From positions 1 to 64,000 of the IMG/VR virus record IMGVR_UViG_3300020469_003050: a stretch of DNA of 64,000 nt. One strand, 5' to 3'. Both the position numbers and the translations under genes were made by a program. Below are positions 9,107 through 17,977 of this stretch, in pieces; position 1 is the stretch's first letter, and the number at the start of each line of letters is the position of its first letter. Below the pieces are notes generated by a model. The model was not told the origin of the DNA. It saw only the letters and a list, made by a program, of their open reading frames with translations, and ran no database searches.

Positions 9107-9335
9107 TAAAGTAGATTTACACGGACTTTTTGTTCATGAAGGTTGGAAACGTTTTCGTAAGTCAACACAAGAGGCATATTTATATGGTCATAAACAAATC
9201 ATCGTTATTGTCGGACATGGAGAAATGTCAAAAGAGTTTGAAAAATGGTGTGAAGCGGATCCTTACGTGAGAGAAACTAGAAGATTAGATAGAAACACAG
9301 GTGCATTCAGAGTAATATTAAAGAAGAAAAAGTAA
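9099..9335 (+). CDS. stand-alone Smr (small MutS-related) domain protein
   Basis: VDLHGL...IIVIVGHG...W...GAFRVILK. Confidence 0.85.
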   Translation: MHNKVDLHGLFVHEGWKRFRKSTQEAYLYGHKQIIVIVGHGEMSKEFEKWCEADPYVRETRRLDRNTGAFRVILKKKK

Positions 9336-10687
9336 TGGCAGATTCAACTAAAACTTATTGCAAATATTTCTTCAATCACATTGCACTTTGGAATGGTAGA
9401 CTAGCAACTCCTTGTTGTAGGTATAGTACTAAACCTGGCTCAGAAACAAAAAGTTTTGCTCACCCATATGAATCTGTAAGAACTTTTAAAGAAACTTTAC
9501 TTTCAGATAAATGGGAGACATTAAGAAAAAACTCATTAGCTGGTATAAAGGATCCTGGTTGTTGGAAATGTTATGAGGAAGAAGAAAAGGGTATATACTC
9601 ATTACGTAATCAAGCAAATGAAGTAATGCTTGACCAGAAAGTTGAAGCAGGATTAACACATGATAGTCAAGGAGATTGGGCAGATGTATTAAAATACGTA
9701 CAATCAACTAAATTAACATATCTTGAAATGAATTTAGGTAACTATTGTAATTTGGCATGTAATATATGTAATTCATCGTTGAGTACGAAATGGGAAGAAG
9801 ATGATAGATGGTTAAAACAAGAAAAAGGTTTCGATAGGGGTGTATTTAAATCTGATACAAAATTAGAAATAGAATATGACAAAGCAGATTATGAACATGT
9901 TAATAGAATAAAGTTTGTTGGTGGTGAACCAATGCTACACCCAAAGTTTTTAAGCATCGTAGACTTTATTATTGAAACAGGCTATTCAAAAAATATAGAG
10001 TTACAAATTTTTACAAATGCAAGTTGGATACCTAAAGATAAAATCATTAGTAGACTATCACAATTTAAAAGAGTAAGAATTTCATTAAGTATTGACGGAA
10101 CCGAGGAAGTAAATGACTATACGAGACATTTAAGTTCTTGGGAAACTGTAAACGCAACCGCCAGAAGGTGGATGGAACTGTCAATGGAGCATGAAGGTAT
10201 CCAAGTAAAATGGGAACCTACTCTGAGTGTGTATAACGCCAATCACATTCCAGAAATGTTTCAGTGGTGGATTGACTTATGCCTAGAAATAAGAGGAGAG
10301 AATATTCAAAAGGCATTATTAATCGACAAGGGAACTGGTATAAACATTTATCTTAATAATGTATTAGACCCTAGTTATCTTCAACCAAAACTTTTTCCTC
10401 ATCATAATAATGGTGAAGGAGATAAAGATTTGTTTAGACGAATTGAGATATGGTTGAATGATATAAAAGATAAGCACTATGAACAAGGTAATCATTGGAA
10501 CATGAGTGCAATACGTATGTTAAAAGAAGTTGTACGTAAAGGTAAATCATTAATAGAGCAAGAGCCAAGCAAAAAAGATATACTTGACTTTCATAAGTAT
10601 TCTGTATTGTTAGACAAACGAAGAGGCAAAGACATTAAGACTGCATTGCCTGAAATGTGGCGCCTTGTAACTAGAGAAAAAGTGTGA
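9335..10687 (+). CDS. radical SAM protein with N-terminal SPASM/twitch-like Cys cluster
   Basis: CNLACNIC, GGEP, TN, SIDG; N-terminal C..PCC..CWKC. Confidence 0.9.
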   Translation: MADSTKTYCKYFFNHIALWNGRLATPCCRYSTKPGSETKSFAHPYESVRTFKETLLSDKWETLRKNSLAGIKDPGCWKCYEEEEKGIYSLRNQANEVMLDQKVEAGLTHDSQGDWADVLKYVQSTKLTYLEMNLGNYCNLACNICNSSLSTKWEEDDRWLKQEKGFDRGVFKSDTKLEIEYDKADYEHVNRIKFVGGEPMLHPKFLSIVDFIIETGYSKNIELQIFTNASWIPKDKIISRLSQFKRVRISLSIDGTEEVNDYTRHLSSWETVNATARRWMELSMEHEGIQVKWEPTLSVYNANHIPEMFQWWIDLCLEIRGENIQKALLIDKGTGINIYLNNVLDPSYLQPKLFPHHNNGEGDKDLFRRIEIWLNDIKDKHYEQGNHWNMSAIRMLKEVVRKGKSLIEQEPSKKDILDFHKYSVLLDKRRGKDIKTALPEMWRLVTREKV

Positions 10688-10693
10688 TTTTAC

Positions 10694-10722
10694 TTGACAA
10701 ATCATATAAGCAGTGCTATACT
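10694..10722 (+). promoter_or_regulatory. sigma70-type promoter
   Basis: TTGACA-N17-TATACT with TG extension. Confidence 0.75.
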
Positions 10723-10754
10723 GTTTAAGTAATCAGAAAGAAAAGTAATCAAAC

Positions 10755-11330
10755 ATGAATAAAATTATTGTGACAGACTGTGACGGAGTCCTCCTCGATT
10801 GGGAAAACTCTTTCTATGAGTGGATGAAATCAAGAGGATATGATGCACATAATGTAGGTGTTTACGACATGGCAGATGTATTTGCTATGAAAAAGAAAGA
10901 AGTAAAAAAGCTGATTAAAGAATTTAATAATAGTTCATGGATGGCTACTCTGCCTGTTCTACGTGATGCAAGAAGTGGTGTTGCTAAACTTGTAGAAGCA
11001 GGATACGAATTTCATTGTGTAACTTCATTGAGTTTAGATGAAAACACAAAAGCATTAAGACAACAGAATTTAGATAATGTATTTGGAAAAGGTGCGTTTA
11101 CTAAACTAGTATGTTTAGATACTGGTGCAGATAAAGACGAAGGACTTGAGCCTTACACTGATACCGGTTATTACTGGATAGAAGATAAAACTGAGAATGC
11201 ACTTTGTGGACTAAAATATGGATTACAACCAATTCTTATTAGTCACCAACACAATTCAGAAATGACAAGTGATGGTATGATTCCAGTTGTTGATACTTGG
11301 GCTGAGATTGTAGATATTATTGTAAAATAA
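10755..11330 (+). CDS. HAD-superfamily phosphatase (5'-nucleotidase-like)
   Basis: DCDGVL motif I, VTS, K, WIEDK motif IV. Confidence 0.85.
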   Translation: MNKIIVTDCDGVLLDWENSFYEWMKSRGYDAHNVGVYDMADVFAMKKKEVKKLIKEFNNSSWMATLPVLRDARSGVAKLVEAGYEFHCVTSLSLDENTKALRQQNLDNVFGKGAFTKLVCLDTGADKDEGLEPYTDTGYYWIEDKTENALCGLKYGLQPILISHQHNSEMTSDGMIPVVDTWAEIVDIIVK

Positions 11331-11350
11331 TGAGGGAGCGAACTCCCTCA
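11331..11350. terminator. hairpin between convergent genes
   Basis: TGAGGGAG-CGAA-CTCCCTCA. Confidence 0.8.
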
Positions 11351-11356
11351 CCACTT

Positions 11357-12097
11357 TTAATCGTCTTCTCCGTAAATTTTTAGAACTTCTGTAACTGCAG
11401 GATGCCTCTCCACATCCATTAAATCAAATCTACTAATACTAATATGATTTAATTTTGCTTTTTCATAATTGTTCACAAGTTCTACAAAATCTGAAAGACC
11501 GTTTTCTGAAAATCCTCTGTCATGTTGCTTTAGGTCGCCGGTTACTATCATCTTTGTATTAACACCTATTCGGGTTAGTAACATCTTCATTTGAGATTTC
11601 GTTGCGTTTTGCATTTCGTCTGCAATGATCCACGAGTTTTCAAATGTACGACCACGCATATATGCTAATGGGGCTATCTCAATCAAATTTTCTGTGAGCA
11701 TCATTTCGATTTGTTGCATCGTAAAATGCTTCTCAAATATATCAAATATAGGCCTAGTCCATGGTGACATCTTTTCGTTTAAATCACCGGGTAAGAACCC
11801 ATGTTGCTCGTCAACTGATACTGCAGGACGAGTTATAACTATTTTTTTCACCTCTCTTTCCATGAATGCTTTTATTCCCATTTGCGTACACAGGAGTGTT
11901 TTACCTGTACCAGCAGGACCAATCGCAAATACAATATTATTATCTGGATTAGCTAACTGATATAGATAGTCTTCTTGTGATACGTTTCTGGGTAAAATAG
12001 TTGGAATTGTTTTTTTATGTAGCGGGATTACACCGTAATCGTTGCTACGGCTCTGTGCTTTGTTGTTATGTTTTTCAACACGTTTTTTTCGTGCCAT
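11357..12097 (-). CDS. phoH: PhoH-family ATPase
   Basis: GPAGTGKT, ITRPAV, GFLPGDL, YMRGRTF, DEMQN, LTRIG, GDLKQHD. Confidence 0.95.
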   Translation of the reverse strand: MARKKRVEKHNNKAQSRSNDYGVIPLHKKTIPTILPRNVSQEDYLYQLANPDNNIVFAIGPAGTGKTLLCTQMGIKAFMEREVKKIVITRPAVSVDEQHGFLPGDLNEKMSPWTRPIFDIFEKHFTMQQIEMMLTENLIEIAPLAYMRGRTFENSWIIADEMQNATKSQMKMLLTRIGVNTKMIVTGDLKQHDRGFSENGLSDFVELVNNYEKAKLNHISISRFDLMDVERHPAVTEVLKIYGEDD

Positions 12098-12224
12098 GTG
12101 TTTTCCTCCTTAAAGAGGGATTTTCAGAATGAGCATTACACTCAATATTACTTATCTTTTTTAGGTTGCAAATAACTAGCAATACTGCTAAAATAAGAAA
12201 ATAAATTTTCTTTGTTACAAAAAA

Positions 12225-12232
12225 GATAAATA
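12225..12232 (+). promoter_or_regulatory. late promoter GATAAATA
   Basis: Motif upstream of the 12261 operon. Confidence 0.6.
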
Positions 12233-12260
12233 GATATGTATGAAGATTATGGAGAAAAGC

Positions 12261-12770
12261 ATGTCAGATGTAAACTCAAATGATATTATTGACAATATAA
12301 GAAATGTCGATAAAAATGGCACATTGTTAGACGTTCTACTTGAATTTGAAAAAGTATTGGACGAAGTTGGCATGTATGCTTATAAGAATTGGTCTAAAGG
12401 TGAAATCGCTATGGGACCAAAGCTATCACGTTATTGGTTACACGTTAAAGTAATGTATCAATATGATGATATGCCTGACCCAAGAGCAGGATTAAGATTA
12501 ACTAAATTAGGCTGTGAAGTCAAATATGAACAAGCAGTACTAAAGACACCAATTACTCCAAAATCGCCAGAAGATTTAGATGGCAATGGTAAACCAAAAC
12601 TGAAATCTGACACAGTTTGGTTAATTGATATTTTAATGCCACGTAAGTTTGTAGATGAGTTTACAGACGAAGAAATGGCAGTTGGTGACATCAAAGTAGA
12701 TACAGAAGCATTAGGTAATGCAGAAGTACAAGGACTTGATGATGCTACCAATCAGCAACAGGATATTTAA
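12261..12770 (+). CDS. hypothetical protein
   Basis: GGAG RBS before ATG 12261 (ORF track start 12240). Confidence 0.75.
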   Translation: MSDVNSNDIIDNIRNVDKNGTLLDVLLEFEKVLDEVGMYAYKNWSKGEIAMGPKLSRYWLHVKVMYQYDDMPDPRAGLRLTKLGCEVKYEQAVLKTPITPKSPEDLDGNGKPKLKSDTVWLIDILMPRKFVDEFTDEEMAVGDIKVDTEALGNAEVQGLDDATNQQQDI

Positions 12771-12772
12771 TT

Positions 12773-13180
12773 ATGAAGTTTGAGCAAATTATAGAAGGCG
12801 TAGGACATAACGATTTGAAAGGTCTAGTATCAAATAGAATTTCAATAGCTGAGTTCGAACCTAAAACAGGAAACGAAGAAGATGTTATTGTTGTAGCATT
12901 CTATGTAAAAGATGATAAACCTGCTCAAGACCTAGCAACATTTATGGAAAAAGGTGTTGTTGATATTTTAGATACCGAAGTATCTCCGAATGCAGACGAT
13001 GATGGTCACTACTTAGTATTTGTTGAAATGAAGAATGAAAACATAATGAAAACTACTTTAGAACTATTAGATGATGTTGCTCGTATTTGCAGTTGTGATG
13101 ATTGGTCACTAGAATTTTATGGTGGCAAAACAGTATCAATAAAAGCAGATGAAATTGAAGGGTATCTAAAAAAGAATTAA
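12773..13180 (+). CDS. hypothetical protein with capsid-targeting-like N-terminus
   Basis: Starts MKFEQIIE. Confidence 0.7.
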   Translation: MKFEQIIEGVGHNDLKGLVSNRISIAEFEPKTGNEEDVIVVAFYVKDDKPAQDLATFMEKGVVDILDTEVSPNADDDGHYLVFVEMKNENIMKTTLELLDDVARICSCDDWSLEFYGGKTVSIKADEIEGYLKKN

Positions 13181-13395
13181 TGGCCAGAGAACCCGCTATG
13201 GAATTTGAAGGTGATGTAGTAGATATCACTCCCGGATGTTTCAAGGTCAAATTAGATAACGGTCATATAATTGATGGTATGTTATCTGGAAAAATGAGAA
13301 AGAATAACATTAAGGTTATTCTGCATGATAGAGTTAAAATTGAAGTGACTCCTTATGATATAACAAAGGGTCGCATAACTTTTAGGTACAAATAA
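13180..13395 (+). CDS. infA: translation initiation factor IF-1
   Basis: EFEGDV...FKVKLDNGH...SGKMRKNNIKVILHDRVKIEVTPYDITKGRITFR. Confidence 0.93.
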   Translation: MAREPAMEFEGDVVDITPGCFKVKLDNGHIIDGMLSGKMRKNNIKVILHDRVKIEVTPYDITKGRITFRYK

Positions 13396-13396
13396 T

Positions 13397-13873
13397 ATGT
13401 TTTTTTATAGAATCAAAAAATATCTAATAATCGCAGGTATTCTAGCCGCGGTTGGATTTGGATTATTTAAGTATTATGAATATACACAGAATCAAATAAG
13501 AATATATGCCGAAAATGCCGCTAGAGCAGAAATGGCTCAACAAGAGACACAAGCCGCTTTAGAGAAAACAATGAAAGACCTAGAGTTAGTACAAGAAAAA
13601 TTTACTAAGGTTACTGAGCAATTTGCGGCGGCTAATGGTCGTGTAAAAGGCTTAGAAAATAAACTAAAAGAACATGATTTACCTTACTTGGCTGAACAAA
13701 AACCAGGATTAATCGATAAAATAGTTGACAAAGGTACTAAAGATATGTTAAGATGTTTAGAAATAGTAAGTGGTTCACCACTAACCGAGGAAGAAATAAA
13801 TGTTACTAAGAAAAGTAAAGCAAATACCACATGTCCTGATATTGCTAACCCTAACTACGTTCCTATTAACTAG
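13397..13873 (+). CDS. probable inner-membrane spanin (Rz-like)
   Basis: N-terminal TM, periplasmic coiled coil, C-terminal Cys; overlaps a downstream lipoprotein gene. Confidence 0.6.
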   Translation: MFFYRIKKYLIIAGILAAVGFGLFKYYEYTQNQIRIYAENAARAEMAQQETQAALEKTMKDLELVQEKFTKVTEQFAAANGRVKGLENKLKEHDLPYLAEQKPGLIDKIVDKGTKDMLRCLEIVSGSPLTEEEINVTKKSKANTTCPDIANPNYVPIN

Positions 13874-14258
13874 TTGCGGGTCAGTTCCAAAATCAGTAAC
13901 ATATACGCCCAAACCAGTTGAGCGGCCTGAGTTAATTTTGCCTGAAACAAAAACATTGAATATGCGTAACGTTGACTTTATTGTAATGACAAGAGAAAAC
14001 GTTGAAGAAGAATTCGCTAAGTTAGAAAAAGACGGTAAAGCCATTGTTATTTTTGGGTTAGATGCAGAAGACTATGAAAAGTTATCATTCAACATAGCAG
14101 ACATTTTAGAATTATTAGACCAACAACAATCAGTCATAGTTGCGTATAGAGAATATTACGAAGAAGCAGATAAGACCCTTGAAGAAATCAATTCACAAAG
14201 CGAAGTAGAAATTGAAGTCGATAAGGAAGATGGCTTTCTTTCTAATTTTCTCAAATGA
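13800..14258 (+). CDS. probable outer-membrane lipoprotein spanin (Rz1-like)
   Basis: Lipobox LTSC followed by Pro-rich segment; overlapped-gene arrangement. Confidence 0.6.
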   Translation: MLLRKVKQIPHVLILLTLTTFLLTSCGSVPKSVTYTPKPVERPELILPETKTLNMRNVDFIVMTRENVEEEFAKLEKDGKAIVIFGLDAEDYEKLSFNIADILELLDQQQSVIVAYREYYEEADKTLEEINSQSEVEIEVDKEDGFLSNFLK

Positions 14259-14641
14259 CAGACAATCCATACTCAGTTTTAAAAATCGATAAATATTCTA
14301 CAACAGATGATATCAGACAGTCTTACAAAAGGCTTATGAAGAAGCATCATCCTGACACTGGTGACGGTGACAGAGAAACATTTGATAAGGTACGACTTGC
14401 TTATATACAGTTAAAAGATAAAAAACCCGATAATGGTGTTGTAAGGACACTCAGCATAACAGTCCCTATAACAAAGCAAGACTTATCTTTAATCTTAGGC
14501 ACTAGACAAACATTCATGTGTCAGGATGTTCCTTTCGATGTAATGGTTCCTTATGAGACTAGAATTAATGATACTATTGTTGTTAAAAAAATACTAGGTG
14601 ACTTGTCACTTAAAATAAAATTCAAGGAAGACAATGAGTAA
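14255..14641 (+). CDS. DnaJ-domain protein
   Basis: NPYSVL...IRQSYKRLMKKHHPD...F..V..AY. Confidence 0.85.
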   Translation: MTDNPYSVLKIDKYSTTDDIRQSYKRLMKKHHPDTGDGDRETFDKVRLAYIQLKDKKPDNGVVRTLSITVPITKQDLSLILGTRQTFMCQDVPFDVMVPYETRINDTIVVKKILGDLSLKIKFKEDNE

Positions 14642-16850
14642 AGCAGATAGAGTAAATGTTTCGATTGAACGTGCCGTACAACATGCAAATTCTTTAGCAC
14701 ATGAATATGTGACACTAGAACATCTTTTATATTCAATTATAGAAGAACAAGATGTTAGCGACATGCTTACGAAAATGAAATGTGACGTTAGATTTATTTT
14801 AGAAGAACTAGAAAAGTATCTAAATGAACGTGATGATATTACAAAAGGTGAAGATAATAGTGTACCTAGAAAAACTCTATCATTAGACCGTGTTTTCAAT
14901 CGTGCAGTAACACAGGTAATCTTTAGTGGTCGTTCTAAACTTCAAGTAAGAGATATATTTGTTTCTCTATTGAGTGAAAATGGTTCTACTGCTTATTACA
15001 TTCTAAAACAATCAGGTGTAACAAGAGATAAAGCAATCGATATTCTAAGAAAAGAATATTACGGTACGCAACAAGGTAGAGACATGGCAGGTCCTCCGGG
15101 TCAAGGAGCACCAGTAAGATTTGAAGACTATTGTTTAGATTTAAATCAACAAGCATTAGACGGAGTAATTGATCCAGTTATTGGACGGGAAGATGAGTTA
15201 ATTGAATTAACAGAGGTACTAGCAAGACGTAAAAAGAATAATGCTATTATTGTAGGTGAACCTGGAGTAGGTAAAACTGCAATAGCAGAAGGTCTTGCAT
15301 TGATGATTGGCGAAGGTCATGTACCAGAGATATTAAAAGACAAAACAGTTTATTCACTAGATGTTACATCGCTTGTAGCAGGTACAAAGTATCGTGGTGA
15401 ATTTGAAGAAAGAGCGAAAGCAGTATTTGACCAACTATCAAGTAAAGATAATGTAATATTATTCATTGATGAAATTCATATGATTATGGGTGCAGGTTCG
15501 GCAGGTGGGTCTAACATAGATATTGCAAACTTATTAAAACCACTGTTAGCAAGTGGTAAATTACATTGTATTGGTGCAACAACAAGTGAAGAATACAGAG
15601 AAAACTTTGAAAAAGATAGAGCATTACAAAGACGTTTTCAAAAACTAGTTATTGAACAACCAAACAAAGAAAATACAAAATTAATTTTGAAAGGCTTGAA
15701 ACAATATTACGAAGCATATCACGAAGTTGAATACACAAACGAGTCTATAGACTTAGCAGTTGAATTAGCAGAAAGATATATGCATGGTAAGTTCAATCCT
15801 GATAGAGCGATTGATGTCCTTGATGTAGCAGGTGCAAGAGCAAAGTTACACAAGCACAAGGGCAAAATTAATAAGGCAGAAATAGAACAAGCTATTTCAA
15901 AAATTACAAGAATTCCTTTAGAAATGATAGATGCAAAACAAAATGCAAACTATGAAAAACTAGAAGAAAATATTAAGACAAAACTATTTGGACAAGACAA
16001 AGCAGTTGGTTCATTAGTTGAATCTATACTCGTATCTAAATCAGGTATGAGAGCAAGAAATAAACCTATTGGTTCATTCTTGTTTGTAGGTCCAACAGGA
16101 ACAGGTAAAACTGAATTGTGTAGACAGTTAGCAGAAAATCTTGATGTTAAACTTAGAAAGTACGATATGTCAGAATACATGGAACAACATTCTGTATCTA
16201 AACTTATCGGTGCCCCTCCAGGGTACGTAGGACACGCCGACGGCGGGGCTGGTGCTGGACAACTAATCAGTGATGTAGATGAAACACCTAATTGTGTTGT
16301 TCTATTAGACGAAGTTGAGAAAGCCCACCCAAGTGTAATGAACCTCTTATTACAAGTTATGGACGATGGTCGTTTGACTAGTTCAACTGGTAAAACAGCA
16401 GACTTTAGCAATGTTATTCTTATAATGACTAGTAACTTAGGAGCGGCACAACAATCTAAGAGTGCTATAGGGTTCACGAATTCAAATGAAGGTGCTTCAT
16501 ACGAAGCAGTTAAGAAATTCTTTACACCAGAGTTTAGAAATAGACTTGACGCAATGGTTGAATTTGTTTCATTAGAACGTGAACATATAGACATGATTGT
16601 TACCAAAACAATCAAAGAAATTAATGAAATGTTATCAGATAAAAATGTAACTATTAAATTATCAGCAAAAGCAAAAACATGGCTGAGAAATAAAGGATAT
16701 CAACCTGATATGGGAGCGAGACCTTTACAACGTGTAGTCAACGATTACATTAAAAAGCCGTTATCAAAAGAAATATTATTTGGTAAACTTGTTGATGGTG
16801 GACTGGTAACTATCAAAATTGTAGATGATAGGATTGAGTTTGTATACTGA
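14634..16850 (+). CDS. clpA: ClpA-type ATP-dependent chaperone/protease subunit
   Basis: Clp N-domain, GEPGVGKT, GPTGTGKT, DMSEYM, LDEVEKAH, IGF loop, GARPL; no ClpB middle domain. Confidence 0.93.
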   Translation: MSKADRVNVSIERAVQHANSLAHEYVTLEHLLYSIIEEQDVSDMLTKMKCDVRFILEELEKYLNERDDITKGEDNSVPRKTLSLDRVFNRAVTQVIFSGRSKLQVRDIFVSLLSENGSTAYYILKQSGVTRDKAIDILRKEYYGTQQGRDMAGPPGQGAPVRFEDYCLDLNQQALDGVIDPVIGREDELIELTEVLARRKKNNAIIVGEPGVGKTAIAEGLALMIGEGHVPEILKDKTVYSLDVTSLVAGTKYRGEFEERAKAVFDQLSSKDNVILFIDEIHMIMGAGSAGGSNIDIANLLKPLLASGKLHCIGATTSEEYRENFEKDRALQRRFQKLVIEQPNKENTKLILKGLKQYYEAYHEVEYTNESIDLAVELAERYMHGKFNPDRAIDVLDVAGARAKLHKHKGKINKAEIEQAISKITRIPLEMIDAKQNANYEKLEENIKTKLFGQDKAVGSLVESILVSKSGMRARNKPIGSFLFVGPTGTGKTELCRQLAENLDVKLRKYDMSEYMEQHSVSKLIGAPPGYVGHADGGAGAGQLISDVDETPNCVVLLDEVEKAHPSVMNLLLQVMDDGRLTSSTGKTADFSNVILIMTSNLGAAQQSKSAIGFTNSNEGASYEAVKKFFTPEFRNRLDAMVEFVSLEREHIDMIVTKTIKEINEMLSDKNVTIKLSAKAKTWLRNKGYQPDMGARPLQRVVNDYIKKPLSKEILFGKLVDGGLVTIKIVDDRIEFVY

Positions 16851-17538
16851 GAAAGTAGCTAAATTATTTTATGGAACACACCCGTACAAAATAACATACA
16901 AAAGACTCTACGGATTTCCAGACAAAGACAGTTTGTTTTTCAAAAGACATTTTGAAAGCAATCCAAACGCAATCAATGAATGGTGGTTTGACATGCCATC
17001 AACAGATGAAGAAAAATCTGTTAGAGTTAATTGTTATAATTTCTTAAGAAAATTTAAAGACATAAAATTCAATAATGGTGCTCATACACATGCTTATTTT
17101 AAGTATAAATCAGACTACGAAGAAGCTAGAAATAGATATGTAGATTTACACAAATCTTACGCTGAACCACTAGTTGAAAATCTCAAAGAAGTATTGGATA
17201 GTTTTGACCGTAGAGTAGAACTAAAAAATAATCTATGGTTCAAAACATACAAATATAAGATAGTATTCAAACCTAACAGAGATTTCATTGACCATACAGG
17301 GCATGATTTATATAAAATGTACGCACATAATACAAATTATAGACTCAACTCTAATATGAAACGATATGACCCTGTCTATTTACGAACACATCAAAAGAAA
17401 AGACATATTCATCACCAATATCAGCTATATGCTATATATTGCCTAGATAAAATCGATGCAGACTTGCTAACTTTCGTTGCAAGTGAGTGTATTGGTACCA
17501 TAACAAAAGCCGTGCTATTAAGTGATTTAGATAAATAA
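16825..17538 (+). CDS. hypothetical protein
   Basis: 237-aa ORF; start uncertain. Confidence 0.7.
   Translation: MIGLSLYTEKVAKLFYGTHPYKITYKRLYGFPDKDSLFFKRHFESNPNAINEWWFDMPSTDEEKSVRVNCYNFLRKFKDIKFNNGAHTHAYFKYKSDYEEARNRYVDLHKSYAEPLVENLKEVLDSFDRRVELKNNLWFKTYKYKIVFKPNRDFIDHTGHDLYKMYAHNTNYRLNSNMKRYDPVYLRTHQKKRHIHHQYQLYAIYCLDKIDADLLTFVASECIGTITKAVLLSDLDK
17530..17537 (+). promoter_or_regulatory. late promoter GATAAATA
   Basis: Heads the structural block. Confidence 0.65.
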
Positions 17539-17593
17539 GTATAGTTATTATTGAACAAACTATACAGGTTAATTACGAAGGGTTGAAGAATAT

Positions 17594-17965
17594 ATGGCAC
17601 GTAAAACAGTTACACTTTTACCACAAACAGGTAGTCTTGAATTAGATACTACTGGAAATGCAGTCCCTGGTGATAGCTATTACGGTTATACAGATGGGAT
17701 ACATACAGTAGCTATTTACGGACAAGCATTATCGGGAAGAGTTAAAATACAAGGAACATTGGCAACTAATCCAACAGAAGATGATTGGTTTGACATACTT
17801 TTTAGCGGATTACCATATAAAGACTACACAAATTTCACAGGAGTTGAAGGCTTCACATTCGTGGCTAACTTAGTTTATTTAAGAGCATCTTTAGATAGAA
17901 CTTCATTGGGTATATCAGATTTTACTCAAGCAGGTTATATAGAGAAAATCTTTTTGAATTACTAA
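17594..17965 (+). CDS. putative virion structural protein
   Basis: Beta-rich; first gene after a late promoter, before fibre genes. Confidence 0.6.
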   Translation: MARKTVTLLPQTGSLELDTTGNAVPGDSYYGYTDGIHTVAIYGQALSGRVKIQGTLATNPTEDDWFDILFSGLPYKDYTNFTGVEGFTFVANLVYLRASLDRTSLGISDFTQAGYIEKIFLNY

Positions 17966-17977
17966 AGGAACACAGAT

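Noticed and set aside
15950-16615. 221-aa minus-strand ORF
   Set aside because: Antisense to clpA
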